A stretch of 64,000 nucleotides of DNA from Clostridia bacterium. GTDB lineage: Bacteria > Bacillota > Clostridia > Christensenellales > UBA1242. Below the pieces are notes generated by a model. It was not told where the DNA came from. It made no database searches and was given only the letters and a program-made list of their open reading frames with translations. Below, in pieces: positions 52,574 to 60,114 of this stretch; within the stretch, counting starts at the first letter, position 1, and each line of letters opens with the position of its first letter. The translations under genes and the position numbers were made by a program. Location of the stretch: NCBI GenBank assembly GCA_045588915.1, contig JAZNFA010000002.1, positions 12,878-76,877 on the forward strand. Direction: 5' to 3'.

Positions 52574-52613
52574 AAAAAAGTGCGTGCTTCTAAACAAGCG
52601 CACGCACTTTTTT
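52574..52613. terminator. Bidirectional intrinsic terminator in the suhB-like upstream region
   Basis: AAAAAA-GTGCGTGC...GCACGCAC-TTTTTT (8-bp GC-rich stem). Confidence 0.65.
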
Positions 52614-52750
52614 CTATTCTTTGTTTGTTGGTATAAACGGATATTCTTTGTTATCAAGGTTAAAGTGAATGCCAAATATTTATAATATATAATCATCACG
52701 GCAACCTATGACAACGGCAGAAGTATCCGTTTAATTGTTTTGACAAGGGC

Positions 52751-52782
52751 AAAAAAACACCCTAACCAAATTGGTTAGAGTG
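52751..52782 (-). terminator. Intrinsic terminator (reverse strand) downstream of a 37-codon sORF
   Basis: Reverse strand: CACTCTAACCA-att-TGGTTAGGGTG followed by TTTTTTT. Confidence 0.6.
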
Positions 52783-53065
52783 TTGATTATTCCGCTAGTT
52801 TCAAAAGTCAGTGACTATTGCTGTGCTTTTTTATTCCCAATCAAAATCATAATCAAGTCGTGATTGATATTTATTTAGCATTATTAAAACAATATTCTAT
52901 AATCTTTTCTTTGTTTGATAAATTTGTCTTTTTGTAATCAGCACCAAAAATACATCGACGATAAAAGTTTAATATTTTTTTCATCCATATTTCGAATATA
53001 CAGTACTTATTTAATTAAATAAAATAATTTTGTATAAAGTTTCAGAAATTATAAACAATAATGTT

Positions 53066-53551
53066 ATGGCAAATATTAAAGATAAAAATCAAAAAGAAGA
53101 AAAAAACTTACAAAAACAAGATGTGGCTGTTTCTACGGATTATGATTGTGGTAATGCGTATGAAGGTGGATTACTGCAGTCTTTTTGGAATGATTTATTT
53201 TGGGATAGACCTTTTCGTAAAGAAATGAGTAGCCTACAAAATTTAATGCGTACGGATATTGAAGAAACAACGAATGGTTATGAATTTAAAGTCGAAGTAC
53301 CAGGTATGGAACGTAAAGATTTAAATATTGGTTATGAAAACGGTTATTTGACAATTGCTGCTAATAAAATTAGTGGGCTAAGCCAAAGTAAATATTTACG
53401 TCGGGAAAGGGTGGCAAGTGCATATTCACGTAGTTTTTATGTGGGAGATGTTGAACAAGCACAAATCAAGGCAAGTTTGCAGGATGGAATTTTGACGGTT
53501 AGTGTGCCTAAAGAAATTAAAAGCCAGCGTCATCAAATTGAAATTAAATAA
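53066..53551 (+). CDS. Small heat-shock protein (Hsp20/alpha-crystallin family)
   Basis: Alpha-crystallin domain: MRTDIEETTNGYEFKVEVPGMERKDLNIGYENGYLTIAA ... SFYVGDVEQAQIKASLQDGILTVSVPK. Start moved to ATG 53066 (the track uses TTG 53030). Confidence 0.85.
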   Translation: MANIKDKNQKEEKNLQKQDVAVSTDYDCGNAYEGGLLQSFWNDLFWDRPFRKEMSSLQNLMRTDIEETTNGYEFKVEVPGMERKDLNIGYENGYLTIAANKISGLSQSKYLRRERVASAYSRSFYVGDVEQAQIKASLQDGILTVSVPKEIKSQRHQIEIK

Positions 53552-53572
53552 AAGTAAAGGAGTAGTTATAAG

Positions 53573-53601
53573 AAAACCCTGCCGGAGAACAGGGTTTTTT
53601 T
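53573..53601 (+). terminator. Intrinsic terminator after hsp20
   Basis: AAAACCCTG-ccggagaa-CAGGGTTTTTTT. Confidence 0.75.
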
Positions 53602-53606
53602 GATAG

Positions 53607-53683
53607 TGGTGGGAGTTCACGGACTTGAACCGCGGACCGACCGGTTATGAGCCGGTTGCTCTAACCAACTGAGCTAAACTCCC
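53607..53683 (-). tRNA. tRNA with CAT anticodon (elongator Met, or Ile2 if lysidine-modified)
   Basis: Reverse complement: GGGAGTT-TA-GCTCAGTTGGTTAGAGC-A-ACCGG-CTCATAA-CCGGT-CGGTC-CGCGGTTCAAGTCCGTG-AACTCCC-A-CCA. The paired 1-72 position argues against an initiator. Confidence 0.9.
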
Positions 53684-53748
53684 ATAGCTGTTTTGGTTAA
53701 TAATTTTAGATTAACAATTTTGCACAATGTTGTCAATGTGATTTGTCT

Positions 53749-53777
53749 TTGACAAATAAATTTAACTGGTATATAAT
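53749..53777 (+). promoter_or_regulatory. Canonical promoter of tRNA-Leu
   Basis: TTGACA (53749-53754), 17 nt, TATAAT (53772-53777). A second TTGACA on the reverse strand (53736-53731), with TAATCT 17 nt downstream, would serve tRNA-Met. Confidence 0.6.
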
Positions 53778-53790
53778 ATAATTTGTAATC

Positions 53791-53877
53791 GGCCGGGTGG
53801 TGAAATTGGCAGACGCGTCGGACTCAAAATCCGATATCGGCAACGATGTGTGGGTTCAAGTCCCACCCCGGCCACCA
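53791..53877 (+). tRNA. tRNA-Leu (CAA)
   Basis: GGCCGGG acceptor, anticodon loop CT-CAA-AA, long variable arm, T-arm GTGGGTTCAAGTCCCAC, CCCGGCC-A-CCA. Confidence 0.92.
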
Positions 53878-53980
53878 AAATAATACTAAATTTAAATTTT
53901 GTATAATTTAGAATATATCTAGGACAAAAGAAAATTAGAAGTTTAAATTAAAAAAATAATACCAAATTTTACAATTAATA

Positions 53981-54009
53981 TTGACAATTTAATATTAAAA
54001 AAATATTAT
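53981..54009 (+). promoter_or_regulatory. Canonical promoter with -10 only 8 nt from the start of the viperin-like gene (leaderless candidate)
   Basis: TTGACA (53981-53986), 17 nt, TATTAT (54004-54009), taaaacag, ATG 54018. No SD. The surrounding DNA is extremely AT-rich. Confidence 0.5.
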
Positions 54010-54017
54010 TAAAACAG

Positions 54018-54773
54018 ATGAAGTTATCCAAATTAGCTTGGAATATTACCAATAAATGTAATCAAGGCTGTCGTTATTGTTTTCAATTTGATGATAAGAA
54101 TATTCTTGATAAAGAAAGTCATTTTAATGTAATAAAGAATGTTAAAAATCTAGGTGTTAAAGAGCTAACTTATTCTGGTGGAGAATGTTTATTAGTTCCA
54201 CATTTGACTGAGCTTTTAGAGTTTTCACAAGATTTAGGAATCAAAAATTCATTAAATACTAATGGTAAATTGTTGAATGATGAAAAACTTAGTGAGATTA
54301 AAGGATATCTAAAACAAGTAAACCTTTCTCTTGATACTCTAAATGATAATACTAATAATAAGATTGGTCGATTTGGTGATCATCGTGAAACGATTCTTAA
54401 TCGTATAGATTTGTTAAAAAGTCAAAATCTTGACGTCGGAGTGACTACTGTTGTAATGCAATGCAATAAGGATGATATCATTGAATTAGGTCAAGAGTTA
54501 TCTAAGTATAAACTTAAAAGATGGAAATTGTTACAATTTACACCGTCTCGTTTTTTGTCTAAATTACATCAGAAAGAATTTGAAATTTCTGATAATGAGT
54601 TTAATAAAGTCGTGGAGCAAGTAAAACATCTTTTTTCAAATGAATTATTAGCTTCTGTTGAATCTCGTTCTCGTAATTATTTTAATAAAGATTATGGTGT
54701 AATTACACCTGATTGTCGTTTAATAGTAATGGGACAAAATTGTGATCATGATTATGGAGATTTATCAAAATGA
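54018..54773 (+). CDS. Viperin-like radical SAM enzyme (candidate prokaryotic viperin / nucleotide dehydratase)
   Basis: 251 aa. CNQGCRYCF (CxxxCxxC), YSGGECLL, NTNG, then KIGR exactly 32 residues after NG and KRWKLLQ 49 residues after IGR. Those spacings match my recollection of vertebrate viperin (IGR ... VRWKVFQ). FEISDNEFNKVVEQ compares with FVIGDEEFERFLER. The C-terminal tail is shorter than in viperin. Confidence 0.6.
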   Translation: MKLSKLAWNITNKCNQGCRYCFQFDDKNILDKESHFNVIKNVKNLGVKELTYSGGECLLVPHLTELLEFSQDLGIKNSLNTNGKLLNDEKLSEIKGYLKQVNLSLDTLNDNTNNKIGRFGDHRETILNRIDLLKSQNLDVGVTTVVMQCNKDDIIELGQELSKYKLKRWKLLQFTPSRFLSKLHQKEFEISDNEFNKVVEQVKHLFSNELLASVESRSRNYFNKDYGVITPDCRLIVMGQNCDHDYGDLSK

Positions 54774-55201
54774 GTGAGCGTCATTTAACTTTATCGGCAG
54801 CCCAACTTTTTCTTATTGATGGAAATAAAGTCCTTTTACATCGTCGTAAGGGTGGTTGGGGTAACGGCATGTGGGATGCAACAGTAAGTGGTCATGTTGA
54901 AGTTGGCGAAAGTTTAATTGATTGTTTGAAGCGTGAAACTAAGGAAGAAATTGGCGTGCGTATTAATCGCAAAGATATTATATTTATTAATATTTGTCAT
55001 GATAATGGTGGTTTGTCATATTATAATGGTAATTTTTTTGTAAATCGTTGTTCTGGCATTCCGAGAATTTGTGAACCTGATAAATCTAGTGAATTAAAAT
55101 GGTTTAATTTAAAAAGGTTGCCACGTGATTTATTGCCAAATCGCCGACAAGCAATTAAGGATTATATTGCCGGAAAAACTTATAATGAAATCGGATGGTA
55201 A
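54770..55201 (+). CDS. Nudix hydrolase
   Basis: 143 aa. Nudix box GHVEVGESLIDCLKRETKEEIGV (Gx5Ex7REUxEExGU). ATGA overlap with the radical SAM gene. Confidence 0.85.
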   Translation: MSERHLTLSAAQLFLIDGNKVLLHRRKGGWGNGMWDATVSGHVEVGESLIDCLKRETKEEIGVRINRKDIIFINICHDNGGLSYYNGNFFVNRCSGIPRICEPDKSSELKWFNLKRLPRDLLPNRRQAIKDYIAGKTYNEIGW

Positions 55202-55301
55202 ATTTTGATATTTTAGCATTGTTTTTTTGTATGAGTATTAGTGTTTGATATAAGTTGTACTTTTTGTCAAAATATTGTAAAATAAATCTCACGGGGATTT
55301 T

Positions 55302-55760
55302 ATGTTACATAAAGATTTTATGCATGGTAACGTTGGTTTAGTTATTAAAATAATAGTTGAAGTTTTTTTAATTTTGCATTCCGTTTTTACGGCGTTAGCT
55401 TGTTTTTATTGTTTGTTTAATGGTTGGTTTATTTGGATTTTATGGCTTGTGCTTGAATTGATTGGTGCTTGGATTGTGGCATTGTTGGTTTATGGCTTTG
55501 GAACAATTGTGCAAAATACCGAAAAAATTGTTGAAAAAATCGAAAAAGATGGTGAAGCTCATAAAAATGAATTGAATCTTGTTAAGGTCAAAAATGAAAA
55601 AATTAAAGATTCGCAAAAAAAATTAACTCGATGGCAAAATGAGATTCTATCTCTTTCGGATGAAGAATTAGCCAAAAGATTGCAAAATGAAGAAGACTGG
55701 CAAATTGAATATATTGATTTGTGTCGTGCTGAACTTGAATTGCGCCAAAAAAGTAAGTAA
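55302..55760 (+). CDS. Hypothetical membrane protein with C-terminal coiled coil
   Basis: 152 aa. Two TM helices, then a charged heptad-like region (EKIVEKIEKDGEAHKNELNLVKVKNEKIKD...). Confidence 0.55.
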   Translation: MLHKDFMHGNVGLVIKIIVEVFLILHSVFTALACFYCLFNGWFIWILWLVLELIGAWIVALLVYGFGTIVQNTEKIVEKIEKDGEAHKNELNLVKVKNEKIKDSQKKLTRWQNEILSLSDEELAKRLQNEEDWQIEYIDLCRAELELRQKSK

Positions 55761-55846
55761 TTTTATAATAATAGTTAATTGATTGTTAATCGTTTAAATT
55801 AGACTGTTGGTGGTTATAATCGCACTTAGATAAAAGGAGTGTGAAA

Positions 55847-57103
55847 ATGAACCCATTAGAAGTAAAAACAAAAAAAGTAGATGAATACTTTATGAGTTTT
55901 CAAAAGATGTACCCAAAGGCGTATGATAAAAAAACAACAAATCCTTATACGAAAACGCGTGTGATTTTAATGAACGGTACTGAATATGAAAGTGTTTGGT
56001 TTTTGCATCAGTTCGCAAGACATTGTGATGAACAAGAAATTAAAGATGCTTTGGCTGTTGTGCGTAAACAAGAGCAACAACAACAAAAAATGATTGCGTG
56101 TTTGAAACCTTTGGATGAAAGTATTTTGGAAACAACTTTGGCTTATGAGCAATTAGCTATTGATTTAACTGCCACTTTAGCACAAACAGATGTGAGTAAG
56201 AACAATGTTGAAGCATTGAATTTTGCTTTGTTAGAAGACTTTGACCATTTGTATCGTTATAGTAATTTGATGATGTTAGATATGCCGAAGGCTGACCCGG
56301 CGCAATTAGTAGGGGAATTTACCGAAATTATGCCTGGGCGTCCGACTTTAGCACATCACCGTTATCCAAAAGATGATTTACGTAAAGCAATGAATGCCGA
56401 AAAAAGCGACCTTTATTCTAAATTAGTAGCAAATATTATTACGGCTGCTGAACAGCAAACGATGAATTATTATATGAACATTGCGCAATGGTATAAAAAT
56501 GACTTGGGTCGTCAGTTGTATGCTGAAATTGGGATGGTTGAAGAACAACACGTCACGCAATATGAAAGTTTGAAAGATCCAACCTGTACCTGGTTAGAAC
56601 AATGGGTTTTGCACGAATATACCGAAGCTTATCTGTATTGCAGTATGGCAGAACAGGAAGTGGTACCTCATATTAAAGAAATTTGGGAACATTTCTTCGA
56701 AATGGAGTGTGCACACTTACAATTAGCTTGTAAATTGTTGGAAAAATACGAAAAAACTCAGCCAAGTAAAGTGATTGGCACTGGTGAATTTCCACAATTA
56801 TTGCAATTAGGTACCAATAAAGAATACGTACGTGAAGTTTTGGAGCGTACAGTAATGTTAACAACTAACCGTCAACGCTATGTTGATGTGATGAATTTAC
56901 CAGCAAATGCTGATTTCTTCCAGTATCAAGAAAAAGTAATTGAAGATGTAGCAACCACACCTAGTCACGTCGTGATTGCTGAAGCGATTGCGCAAGCTGG
57001 TCAAGATTATCGATATCAAGATAAAACTCATCCAGTTAAGGAATTACAAAATCGTAAAAAAGATAATACTGAATTAGGACGTAGTAACGAGAAAACAAAA
57101 TAA
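55847..57103 (+). CDS. Ferritin-like (diiron four-helix-bundle) superfamily protein, function unknown
   Basis: ATG 55847 lies 7 nt after AAGGAG (the track uses GTG 55841). Paired ExxH motifs (VEEQHVTQYE, FEMECAHLQ) plus upstream Glu-rich helices (LAYEQLA, AAEQQT). Confidence 0.5.
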   Translation: MNPLEVKTKKVDEYFMSFQKMYPKAYDKKTTNPYTKTRVILMNGTEYESVWFLHQFARHCDEQEIKDALAVVRKQEQQQQKMIACLKPLDESILETTLAYEQLAIDLTATLAQTDVSKNNVEALNFALLEDFDHLYRYSNLMMLDMPKADPAQLVGEFTEIMPGRPTLAHHRYPKDDLRKAMNAEKSDLYSKLVANIITAAEQQTMNYYMNIAQWYKNDLGRQLYAEIGMVEEQHVTQYESLKDPTCTWLEQWVLHEYTEAYLYCSMAEQEVVPHIKEIWEHFFEMECAHLQLACKLLEKYEKTQPSKVIGTGEFPQLLQLGTNKEYVREVLERTVMLTTNRQRYVDVMNLPANADFFQYQEKVIEDVATTPSHVVIAEAIAQAGQDYRYQDKTHPVKELQNRKKDNTELGRSNEKTK

Positions 57104-57132
57104 TGGTTGCATTTTATGAAATAAAATGTTAA

Positions 57133-57155
57133 GATAAAGAAGTGGGCCACAAGGT
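57133..57155 (+). terminator. Intrinsic terminator
   Basis: TGGGCC-acaa-GGTCCA followed by TTTTTTT. Confidence 0.6.
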
Positions 57156-57183
57156 CCATTTTTTTAGACCTAAGGAGCGGCGA

Positions 57184-57432
57184 ATGGAAAACAAATTTTA
57201 TGATTTATGCCAAAAAACAGTTACCAAAGCAGGTTATGAGTTGTTACGTGTAACTTGGAAAAATCACGAATTATGTTTTTACATTAAGAAAGAAGGTGGA
57301 ATTGACCATACTGATTGTGAAACCGTGACAAGGTTAATTGACCCAATTGTGGAAGCCAATGACCACGAATTAGGCGATAATTACAGTTTATCGGTAAGTA
57401 GTGAAGGCATTGACGGTAAAGATTGGGAATAA
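57184..57432 (+). CDS. rimP: Ribosome maturation factor RimP, short form (N-terminal domain only, 82 aa)
   Basis: Position directly upstream of nusA. AAGGAG SD. Ends just after the conserved L-x-V-S-S-x-G-[IL]-D motif (LSVSSEGIDGKDWE-stop). Confidence 0.6.
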   Translation: MENKFYDLCQKTVTKAGYELLRVTWKNHELCFYIKKEGGIDHTDCETVTRLIDPIVEANDHELGDNYSLSVSSEGIDGKDWE

Positions 57433-57445
57433 AAGGAGAAATAAA

Positions 57446-58573
57446 ATGACATCAAAAGACTTTTTCGTAGCGTTGAATATGATGGCCACCGAACGTGGTA
57501 TGGAAGTAAGCGAAATTATTAAGGATTTGGAGGATGCGTTGTCTGTAGCTTTCCGTAAAGCACATGGTGAAGCGATGAATGCTCGTGTCGCTTTGAACCC
57601 AGAACGTAACACAATCCGTGTTTATAGTTACAAAACCGTTGTTGCTGATGAAGATGAAAAATTAGATTCAAATGAAGAAGGTTTTGTTCCTTTTGATTAC
57701 GATAAATTCATTACCTTAAGTGAAGCTCGTGAAGTTAAAAAATCAATCAAAGTTGGTGATGTTTTGGAACAAGAAGAAAATCCAAAAGACTTTGGTCGTG
57801 TAGCAGCAGTAGCTGTAAAACAAGTTTTAAATCAAAAAATTAAAGAACGTAATCGCAATGCGGCTTTACAAGAAATGTCAACTCGTGAAGACAAAATTGT
57901 TACTGCTAAAGTTAATCGTTACGAAGGTGGTAAATATTTCTTAGAAATTCCAGGAAGTACTTTAGAAGGAATTTTAGATGAACGTAATAATTTCCCTGGT
58001 CAAACCTTTAAAATTGGTGACTTTGTAAAAGTTTATGTTCCAAAGATTAAAGATATCGGTTATACAAACGATGTTTTTGTAACACGTACTCGTCCTGAAT
58101 TTGTTAAAGTTTTGTTTATGCTTGAAGTGCCAGAAATTGAAAAAGGTGAAATTGAAATTAAAGCAGTTGCTCGTGAAGCAGGTTATCGTACTAAAATTGC
58201 TGTAGCATCAATGATTGCTAATATTGATCCGATTGGTGCTTGTGTTGGGGCAAAGGGTGCACGTATCAATGCTATTTTAGACGAAATTCGTCCAGAAAAA
58301 GTTGATATTATTCCTTGGAGTGAAGACCCACTTGAATTTATTGCATCGGCATTGTCACCAGCAACAGTTTTACGTGTTGAAGCAAACGAAGAAGAAAAAC
58401 GTGCACGTGTTGTCGTTCCAAATGATAAATTGTCTTTGGCGATTGGTAAGGCTGGTATGAACGTTCGTTTAGCAGCTAAATTAACTGGTTGGAAGATTGA
58501 CGTAAAGAGTGAAGAAAAAGCTAATGCTGAAGACGCAGCCTATATTGAAGAATTTACACTTGGTGGCGAATAA
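57446..58573 (+). CDS. nusA: Transcription termination/antitermination factor NusA
   Basis: 375 aa from ATG 57446 (AAGGAG SD). N-terminal domain, S1 (VTAKVNRYEGGKYFLEI) and two KH domains (IGACVGAKGARI, LAIGKAGMNVRLA). Confidence 0.92.
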   Translation: MTSKDFFVALNMMATERGMEVSEIIKDLEDALSVAFRKAHGEAMNARVALNPERNTIRVYSYKTVVADEDEKLDSNEEGFVPFDYDKFITLSEAREVKKSIKVGDVLEQEENPKDFGRVAAVAVKQVLNQKIKERNRNAALQEMSTREDKIVTAKVNRYEGGKYFLEIPGSTLEGILDERNNFPGQTFKIGDFVKVYVPKIKDIGYTNDVFVTRTRPEFVKVLFMLEVPEIEKGEIEIKAVAREAGYRTKIAVASMIANIDPIGACVGAKGARINAILDEIRPEKVDIIPWSEDPLEFIASALSPATVLRVEANEEEKRARVVVPNDKLSLAIGKAGMNVRLAAKLTGWKIDVKSEEKANAEDAAYIEEFTLGGE

Positions 58574-58577
58574 GAAA

Positions 58578-58823
58578 GTGCATACAATTGAACGCATTTG
58601 TTGTGTTTGTCGAAAATTACAACCTATTGCACAAATGACCCGTGTCGTTCGTGTTGATGGTTGTTTTTTCGTGCAAAAAGAACGCCGTCTGAATGGACGT
58701 GGGGCACATATTTGTCCATCTTGTTTAGGTAGTAATAACCTTCAAAAGTGTTTATCGCGTAGTTTTAAAGCGGCGATACCGAATGATGTTTTTGATGAAC
58801 TAAAATCATTAAAGGGAAAATGA
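58578..58823 (+). CDS. ylxR: YlxR/RnpM family RNA-binding protein (DUF448)
   Basis: GTG 58578 lies just after the nusA stop. ERICCVCRK...MTRVVRV and GRGAHICPSC motifs. Conserved position after nusA. Confidence 0.75.
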   Translation: MHTIERICCVCRKLQPIAQMTRVVRVDGCFFVQKERRLNGRGAHICPSCLGSNNLQKCLSRSFKAAIPNDVFDELKSLKGK

Positions 58824-58859
58824 TTGCCGTGCTGGGTAATCTAGTTTATTATTAACTAG

Positions 58860-59957
58860 ATGAGTAAAGTTTTAATTTTAATGGCCGAACGCACTGGTAC
58901 TGGGCATAAGTCGGCGGCGAACGCAATTGAGCGTAATCTCGTTGAGCGTGGCTGTACCGTAAAGCAATTAAATTGTTTTCCACTAATGGGAAAGATTGGT
59001 GTGAAAATGGAAAATTGTTATATTCCATTAACCACGAAACACCCCTTGATTTGGAAAATGGCTCACGGAGCACAACAAATGTTTCCTGGTTTTGTCCATA
59101 ATATGGTTTATTCACGTTTAAAGAAAACTTTACTAAAAGAAATTCAAGAATTCCAACCAGATGTGATTGTTTCAGTTCACTGTATGATTACGAAGGCTGT
59201 TTCAAAATTGTTACGTAAAAACAATTTAAAAATTCCATTTTTTATTAACGTGATTGATTTGGTTAATCCACCTAAAGTATGGCGCGATAAACGTGCTGAT
59301 ATGAGCTTCTTGCCAACTGAGGTTGTTCGTCAACAATACTTACGTTTAGGGTTCAAGCCAGAGCAGTTACTTGTTTCGGGATTTCCTATTCGAGAAGATA
59401 TTGTCATTCCAAATGAACCGAAAAAGGTAACAGAAAAAGTACGTATCTTAATGGTGAATCCGTCGATTAACTTAAAAAAGAATTTGGGCTTTGTTCGTGA
59501 ATTAGTTCACATTGATAATGTTGAAATTAAATTTGTTTGTGGTCGTGATGAACATTTATTTCAGGCTTTAATGGAAGAAAAAAAGAGAAATCCGTTATTA
59601 AGCAAGGTTGAAATTTTTGGCTTTGTGAAAAATATGCCTGAATTACTAAATTGGGCACAAATACTGTTAACTAAGGCAGGTCCAAATATGTTGTTAGAAG
59701 GAACACGCAGTGGAACTGCTGTGGTGGTAACAGGGCACATTCCGGGACAAGAAGCTCACAACTATGAGTATATTACAAGAAACAAATGTGGTGCGCGTTG
59801 TGAAAATCCAAAGAAAATTCGTACTTTAGTGCAAAATTGGATTGATAACGGATTGTTACAAGAATATTTAGCAAATACTTTACAGGCAGGTGGTAATAAC
59901 GGTACGCAAATTATTGCTGATTATATATTTGATATTTGTCAAAAATTCGTGTTATAA
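58860..59957 (+). CDS. MGDG-synthase/UgtP-like diacylglycerol glycosyltransferase (GT28 family)
   Basis: 365 aa. N-terminus KVLILMAERTGTGHKSAANAI resembles UgtP (LILTANYGNGH). Also QPDVIVSVHCM and GFPIRED. Confidence 0.7.
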   Translation: MSKVLILMAERTGTGHKSAANAIERNLVERGCTVKQLNCFPLMGKIGVKMENCYIPLTTKHPLIWKMAHGAQQMFPGFVHNMVYSRLKKTLLKEIQEFQPDVIVSVHCMITKAVSKLLRKNNLKIPFFINVIDLVNPPKVWRDKRADMSFLPTEVVRQQYLRLGFKPEQLLVSGFPIREDIVIPNEPKKVTEKVRILMVNPSINLKKNLGFVRELVHIDNVEIKFVCGRDEHLFQALMEEKKRNPLLSKVEIFGFVKNMPELLNWAQILLTKAGPNMLLEGTRSGTAVVVTGHIPGQEAHNYEYITRNKCGARCENPKKIRTLVQNWIDNGLLQEYLANTLQAGGNNGTQIIADYIFDICQKFVL

Positions 59958-59967
59958 TAAAACGTTT

Positions 59968-60055
59968 GGAAGGGTGTCAGAGTGGTCGAATGAGCTTGTC
60001 TCGAAAACAAGTGTGCCTCACGGTACCGCAGGTTCAAATCCTGTCCCTTCCGCCA
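59968..60055 (+). tRNA. tRNA-Ser (CGA)
   Basis: GGAAGGG acceptor, anticodon loop CT-CGA-AA, long variable arm, GCAGGTTCAAATCCTGT T-arm, CCCTTCC-G-CCA. Confidence 0.9.
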
Positions 60056-60114
60056 CAAAGCGTTTTACTAAACATTAAGTTGGTATTAGTTGCATAAATT
60101 ACAAAGGAGTAAAA

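Noticed and set aside
52502-52699. Track ORF 52502..52699 (-), 65 aa
   Set aside because: It spans a bidirectional terminator and a 13-bp hairpin. The region is better explained as structured non-coding RNA.
51014-52850. A tmRNA-targeted genomic island downstream of ssrA
   Set aside because: No integrase is present and the ssrA 3' end is not duplicated. The only repeat is inverted rather than direct, and the cargo is one hypothetical gene plus an IMPase-like gene.
52860-53066. A CIRCE/HrcA operator upstream of hsp20
   Set aside because: Only a partial TTAGCA is present. There is no TTAGCACTC-N9-GAGTGCTAA inverted repeat.
59890-60078. Track ORF 59890..60078 (+), 62 aa
   Set aside because: It reads straight through tRNA-Ser (59968-60055) and overlaps the end of the glycosyltransferase gene.
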